Of a stretch of 64,000 nucleotides of DNA, positions 57,906 to 64,000 are shown one piece after another (the stretch's first letter is position 1; each line of letters begins with the position of its first letter). The notes beneath the pieces were generated by a model that saw nothing but the letters and a program-made list of their open reading frames with translations, was not told the DNA's origin and made no database searches. The stretch spans positions 2,976,001 through 3,040,000 of the forward strand of contig NC_027218.1 of the NCBI RefSeq assembly GCF_000981445.1. Reading direction: 5' to 3'. This DNA is from Babesia bigemina. Taxonomy: Eukaryota. A program made the translations under genes and the position numbers.

Positions 57906-60900
57906 CTAGGCGGCGCCGACGGTGCCGCGGAGCACGCGGAAGCTCTTCAGGTACTGGCCGCTGGACAACGACGTCACGCCGTTCGCGGTCGACCCGGCGA
58001 ACGACTCCTGGCTCCCCAGCACCTCGATTTCGACCTCGCCGCCACGGTTGTCCAGCTTCCCGGAGTGGATGGCGGCCTGGCAGAGCGACGAGACGGGGTT
58101 GTACACGCCTAGCACAGCATTACCATTGGCGGCGACCGATAACATACCGCTGCCGAACACGTTCGTCGCTTGGTTGTCTAGGCAGCCCGGAGGGCAGCGC
58201 AGCAGCGTCCGCGTCCCTGGGTTCATCTTCAGCACGAATAGCCCGGGGTCTGTGGCACGATTAGGTTCGAGCGGCCGTAAGACACTCACCTTGACATGAC
58301 AGCGCCAACACGCGAGGGGCGCGGCGCACGGAGAACGATCGCATGTGCGGCTGGTTCCACTTGTTGCTCAGCACACCTAGGAACGTTAGAAACGTGCCGC
58401 TCCTGACTTACCGTAGTGGCCCACGCATCGGTCGTAGCTGTCCTGCCCGTGGAGGATGGTGACGACAGCCTCGCCACCCTCCAGAGGGATGGCGCCCGAG
58501 TGGACTGCGGCCTTGCAGATCGACGAGTCGGGGGTGTAGACCTTGCTGCCCTTCAGCACGAGCAGGGGGTCAGTGCAGCTCCGGCTGCAGCTCACCAGGA
58601 ACTCGTTGCCAGTGGCGCCGTTGAAGCGCTCGTCTTCGAGCGTGTTGTGGCAAGCCAGGTGGATCGCAGGGTTAGTGGGGCTGCCGTGACGAGCGGAATC
58701 GTGCGCTGGAGAGCGCATCCGGACGCACTTGCTCAGGCACATGTTCCCCTCGACGGTCATGCGCGTGGACGAGTGGCGCGAGTGGATGCGGTTACCGTCC
58801 AACGACTGGAGCATGCGGCTGTGATGCATCACCTGATCCGGCGGCATCACGTAGTCGAACACTTCCAGCGACAGCAGCTGGCCGACGAAGAAGTCCGAAT
58901 CAGTCTCCGCAGATTTCCCGAGAATCAGGTCGCCCTGGCGGAGGGTGGGGGAAAGTGCATTAAGACCAACATACCTGGAAGCTGAAGTCGAACTCCGTTG
59001 AGCGGCTTGCGATAAGGGTCCCATCCACGAAAAAGCCCATGTCACGCGTGGGACTGTAGTACACTATTGCGATGGTGGTACGTCCTGGGCGAACGGTGAA
59101 CGACGACGCACGAGGGTAACTCACTGCCCAAAGTAGGGAAGAACGTTGTTTTGAACAGTTCCGGCCGGCAGTTCTCCTCCAGGACCATCTCGCCGGCGTT
59201 GTCGATCGTGCAGGTGAGGCCGCCGCAACCCTGGAACGAAAACAACGTGTTCCATTTACCAACCAGCTCTGCCGGGCATATTAGCGGAAGCTCACGGACG
59301 ACGTACCGGTGGGGGTCATCTGCACGATGAACGTGAAATCGCGCAACGTCTTCAGTTTCTCGGTGTTGGGGAAGTTGCGCAGGCTCACGAAGTCCGCAGC
59401 GGAGCCGTTGAAGCCCTTCCAGCCCATCTCGGGGAACCAACGGACGCTCGGCGGAGACGGAGGGGTGTCAGCGCCCACGAGCGGCTTGGGGTCGGCCTGG
59501 GATCCCGTCGCGTGTTGCAGCTTCATCTGCTTAGAAAGGATGTGCTTCGTCGCGCGCGAAACCAGAAACGCCCCCGCCTGAAACTCCGACGCCATCTTGT
59601 GAGCGCCGAGGCTCGTCACGCCGTTCATCACAGAGCCGTAGAACGTAGGCTGGGTGATGGCGCGGATCACCACAATCTCGCCACCGGAGTCATCTAGCAC
59701 GCCGGCATGCACGGCAGCCTTGCAGATCGCCGAGTCCTCCGTGTAGATGAACGTGCCCTTCAAAGCGGCGGGGTCGCTCCTGGCAGACGATGAACACGTA
59801 ACATGCCGCAAACGTACTTGCAACCCGGTGGGCAGATGGCGATCGCGAAGTCGCCATGCTTAGTCTGAAGCTCGCTGTGCGATCCCATGTTGTCGTAGCA
59901 AGTAAGCTTCACGGCGTGCGGCAGCTTCTTCATCACGGGCGTGAACGGCTCCGTGCGCCGCTGGTGCCTGAATTCGCTCGGGTCGCCGTTGCCGGCGCAG
60001 GAAAGCACCACGTCCTGGTCGTGGGTGCAGTAGATGTCGTCAGCCGACTCGTGGGGGCATTGCCCGAGAGCGCGCTCCAGGCCTGCAAATGTTAACCGCG
60101 AGCTATCGGCAACTCACCCTTGCACTGGAAGTCCACCGCGGCGATCTTCTGCGTGACTGGTGCGCACAGGTTCACGCCGTGCACGTCGGAGCAGTCCTGG
60201 CCGACCAAGCCGCCGTTGTGAAGGCCGATGTAGCCCATCTCCTGGCAGGCGATCTTCGCCGCGGCCTTGCTCCACGACTCGTTGCACACGGAGCCGAACC
60301 CGTCGTTGTAGAACTCAAGGCGGCCGGTGCCGGTGCTCGTGGGCACGCCGGACGCATCAACCAGACGCAAGGTGCCGAACGGGATGCCGTCGCGTGGCAT
60401 CGTGTTGGTGCATTTGACGATCACGTCGTCCTTGTGAGACTGGCAGTCGACCGTTGGCTCCTCGATGATGCAGCTCGATATGTCATCCTCCGTGCCCAAG
60501 CACTGCGCGCGAATATACAGGCCTCAGACGCAGACAAACCATCAACCCGGCGTACGAAACGGCGTAACCGCGCGGCACGCACATGTTCTGGTCGTTCACA
60601 CTGGAGCAGCTCTCCATGACGTGGACGCCGTGCTTGAAGCCTGGGCAACATGACGGTTCGGACGGCAGCAACGCACCCAACTTCCGGCACACCAGGTTCG
60701 CCGCAGCTTCGTTGAAAGCGCCGAACTTCCCCTTGTTGCAGACGGTGCCCCACTTGCCGTTTTTCAGCACCTCGAGGCGCCCGAACGAAGAGAGGCGCCC
60801 ATACGCTGCAGACGATGGCAACCGAAACCAAGCAACCTTACCGTCCACCAGCCGCACGTTGGACTCGACGTTGTCGATGCTCTCGTTCAGGAATGTGTAG

Positions 60901-62315
60901 AACGAGTAGTAGGGCTTGTCCGGGGACGGCTCGTAGCTCTCTGACTCCATGTGGTTGAAAGGGTTCACGGCGCCATGGTAGTGCTTCAAGGCGCCCACTA
61001 TCGAAACCACCACCTCTCCACCTGCAGCGCGTGCTGGGACCCCCAAAGCGGCGGAAGCACGTACCAGAAGGGGTGAGCACGCCGTCGTACAACGCCGATG
61101 TGCAAATTGAAGACGATGAATGGTGCAGGGAGGAACCCACAACGTGCACCAGCGCGGACGCCTGGCAGTTCATCGGGCACCGCACAGTCACGTTGAAGGG
61201 CTTGTTGACGGGACTGCGCGCTTTAAAACCGCCCACGCGGAAACGTACCCGGAATAAAGGTCTATAGCGCGCGTGTGGCACTGGATATCCATGGGCGTGG
61301 TCTCGTTGAAGTTCGTCACGCTCGTGCCCTCGGCCGTAGTTACCTCAACCGACGACTCGTAGGGGCTGCCTACCCACCGCTTCACCGCGAACGTCTTCAC
61401 AGATTCGTTCGACGACATCACGCGAATGTCCTCGCAGTACCACGGGTCGGACGTTGCCGAATTCGACAGCAGCACGCCGGTCACGTCGCCGACATCCGCG
61501 GCCTTCAACACGAACGTCAAGTACGACCCCGCGTAGAAGTTAGTTCCCAGGGACTTCGTGTTGCTTTTCCCCAGCGGGCCGATCAACATCAGCGATATGC
61601 GGCCGGAAGTGCCCGAGTCCTTGTAGCTGCCGGTCTGGATGCTGACGGTGTACACCTTGTTGCCGGAAAGCAGGTAGCGCGGGCGGTCCTCAACCACGCC
61701 CGCCGATCCGTCTGCAACGCAGTCGAAAATCCAGTACTTGGAGTCCCTAAACACGGTGATGCGCTCGCACGACCAATCGGAGGTGCCGGAATCCAACTCA
61801 ATGGCACGAGGGTCGCCAACGTCGATGCGTTCCACATTCAGCCTGTAACGCATGCATCATAAAGTAGATTCCCAAACCTCGTGTGGGTGCCGTCGATGGA
61901 AGCTATAGTTATAGGCTTCGTTTCCCTCCCGTCACCGATGATCTTTATGCGTACGTCGGCACTAAGCGCACTTCAGAAGTTAGCGAGCTGAATACACCCA
62001 CCTGAGGCTCATATCGTCCAGACGCAAGGGGACCACTTCGATGGTGTAGCGCACCAGAGTGTCTCCATCTGTGTTGCGTTAGTAATGTGGAAGCACAGAC
62101 GGCACGCAACACGGAGTTGTAGACATCGTGCAGACGCAGCGCGGTTACACACCTGGTAGGCATTGCTCGTAATGAGGCTCGAGGCCGAAAGTGGCGACCT
62201 TACACCACTCATCGGAAGAAGCGATGCGCCACAGAAACGCCACGACGATCGTGCACAACGCCAACCACGGCAGCGGAGCTGCGCCGCGGCGACGGATGTG
62301 CAGCCGTCGCAGCAT
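57906..62315 (-). CDS. CCp3: LCCL-domain adhesive protein CCp3/LAP1 (sexual-stage), multi-exon
   Basis: Signal peptide, then EWCK, PLAT/LH2 domains, LCCL, two SRCR domains (GRLEV...WGTVC; GRLEF...GSVC), LCCL, LamG/pentraxin-like and two LCCL domains ([11 protein letters not shown]). This is the CCp3 architecture. Confidence 0.9.
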
Positions 62316-62576
62316 TGTCTAACAGGCTGTGCTCAAGAATGTGTAACAATCTACCACTTCATTGTCGCATTTCGTGTTATGGCGAGGCCGAAGGCCGCTG
62401 AACACCCCCAAGAACATCCCGACGATGTCGTTTTGTGCCACACACACCGCGGAAGTGTGTAGGACTGATAGGGTGTTGCGACCTTGAAGATGCCGCCGGC
62501 CGGGTTTCTAACGCTACACATTGTATTAAACAAACGCCTGCATGTCTCACATTTCGAGACAATGCCGGAAAGTGTG

Positions 62577-64000
62577 TCAGCTCGTATTCACCTTCCGGCG
62601 ATGTCCGAAGAGCTGGGACTGGTCGGCGGGATCGTAATCTGCCGGATTGTAAAGACACGCATTTCCGCAACTTACCGGCAAATAGTTGCCCGCAGGCCGC
62701 GTCGATTGATTGGCCGAAGTGATTACTGCGCGAAAATGCGTGTATGCATTGAATCCACGTACCGAAAAGAATAAGAAATCTTGCTCTTCTTGAGAACACC
62801 CTGAGCGTTGTGCAGAAAAACGATATTAAGCGCATCGCACATACCTTAAATTTGTCTATATCAGTTTCTTCAGTACGCTCGTAGACACCGATCGAACGCG
62901 CTGCATGAAGGTCAGGGTGTGCTGGCGTCAGCTGTAGGCCGGCGGCGCCAACAACCTACCTGTATTGTACGGGATTAAATTGACGTGGTAGAGGTATTGA
63001 AGTTCTTCCGGTCGTTTCTTAATTAGTTTCACGAGCTCCTCGGCATGAGCCACCGTGTCATTTTCGCCCTTCATGAGCACGTACGACACCCAGACGCGCT
63101 TCCCAGTGAGCCTTATGCGCTCGTCCAGTAGACCGAAGACCTCTTGAAAGGGATACACGTTATTGGCTGGCACTAGTTTGTTGCGCTGGTCAGTGAAGGG
63201 GGAATGCATGGAAAAAGCAAGGTTGACCTGACATGCGTTACATGGCGCAAATTTCACCCACCTTAGGATGGTCACGATTGAGCTTCTTGATTCCAGGCAG
63301 TATGCCCACTGTTGAAATGTTTATTCTCCGGGATGACGTGCCGAACAGCTGGCGGTCACTGAGCACCCTCATGGCACGAAACACATTGGGGTTCGAAAGA
63401 GGTTCGCCCATACCTGAATAAAGGTGATGATGCGAAATACGCCACCAGGTCTATACGAAACACAGTACATCATGCAGACCGACATTATAGCCCCACTAGC
63501 AACACATCCAAGGTTTATAACGAAATTGGCCACGTGAGGGAAAACATTTATGCTGCAGGGAATGTACTCGACAAATTGCCTACCCATGAACGAGATGCTG
63601 TCTATTTCGTGCCCCAGCTGTTGGAAATAGAGCACTTGATCTGTTATCTCGTCCACCGACAGGTTCCGCTTGAGGCCGATCCTTCCTGTGGCGCAAAAGG
63701 AACATGCATAAGCACAGCCGACCTGTACGACCGATTAGACCAGACAATAGCACGCACATACCTGGCTGGAGATGCAAAGCGATTTGTGCGTGGGGAAACT
63801 CAGCAATACAGCCTCCACCTTGCTGCCATCGCGATACTCAAATAAAATCTTGCACGCACGGTCGGATTTGTGGGTACTACACGCCTTCAAAGATAGTAAC
63901 GACCCGTCGAAGTGCTCGTGTAGATTCTCACGAAGCTGGCGTGGGATATGCAGCATGTCTAAGTAGCTCGGCACCTTAGTCTGGTAAACGGAACGCAAAA
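62577..64000 (-). CDS. Radical-SAM RNA methyltransferase, Cfr/RlmN family (Cfr-like); 5' end lies outside the window
   Basis: Spliced [20 protein letters not shown] (CxxxCxxC), [40 protein letters not shown] and [12 protein letters not shown]. Stop TGA at 62577-62579. Confidence 0.9.

Noticed and set aside
62377..62835. 152-aa ORF that looks like a separate signal-peptide protein
   Set aside because: It is introns plus the [11 protein letters not shown] exon of the Cfr-like gene.
51971..64000. Apparent cluster of RNA-modification genes (TRM112, fibrillarin, Cfr-like)
   Set aside because: Interspersed with unrelated genes, and no evidence of operon-like co-regulation in this eukaryote.

Overview
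Eukaryotic, intron-containing, gene-dense DNA from an apicomplexan piroplasm, most likely a Babesia species. The evidence is ~35-nt GT-AG introns, an ApiAP2 factor, an LCCL/CCp3 protein, and a Cys/Lys-rich, single-TM variant-antigen-like ORF. The first ~4 kb is visibly AT-richer and looks like a variant-gene or pseudogene island, with a 75/76-bp tandem repeat and a canonical G-quadruplex motif. The remaining ~60 kb is core chromosome: coronin, a large Ser-rich secreted protein, DDX27/DRS1, an organellar TrpRS, Tousled-like kinase, a histone-fold candidate, an OSCA/TMEM63 channel, tRNA-Gly(TCC), VPS26, a TPR protein, an RTEL1/FANCJ-type helicase, ataxin-2/Pbp1, Era, CBP3, ApiAP2-ACDC, a CDK-like kinase, TRM112, PRP38, a SNARE, fibrillarin and CCp3. 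At the right edge is a spliced radical-SAM RNA methyltransferase whose motifs resemble the bacterial multidrug-resistance enzyme Cfr more than housekeeping RlmN; this is the most interesting item. Exon boundaries were inferred by eye from splice signals and reading frame. Family assignments rest on recalled motifs, not database searches.
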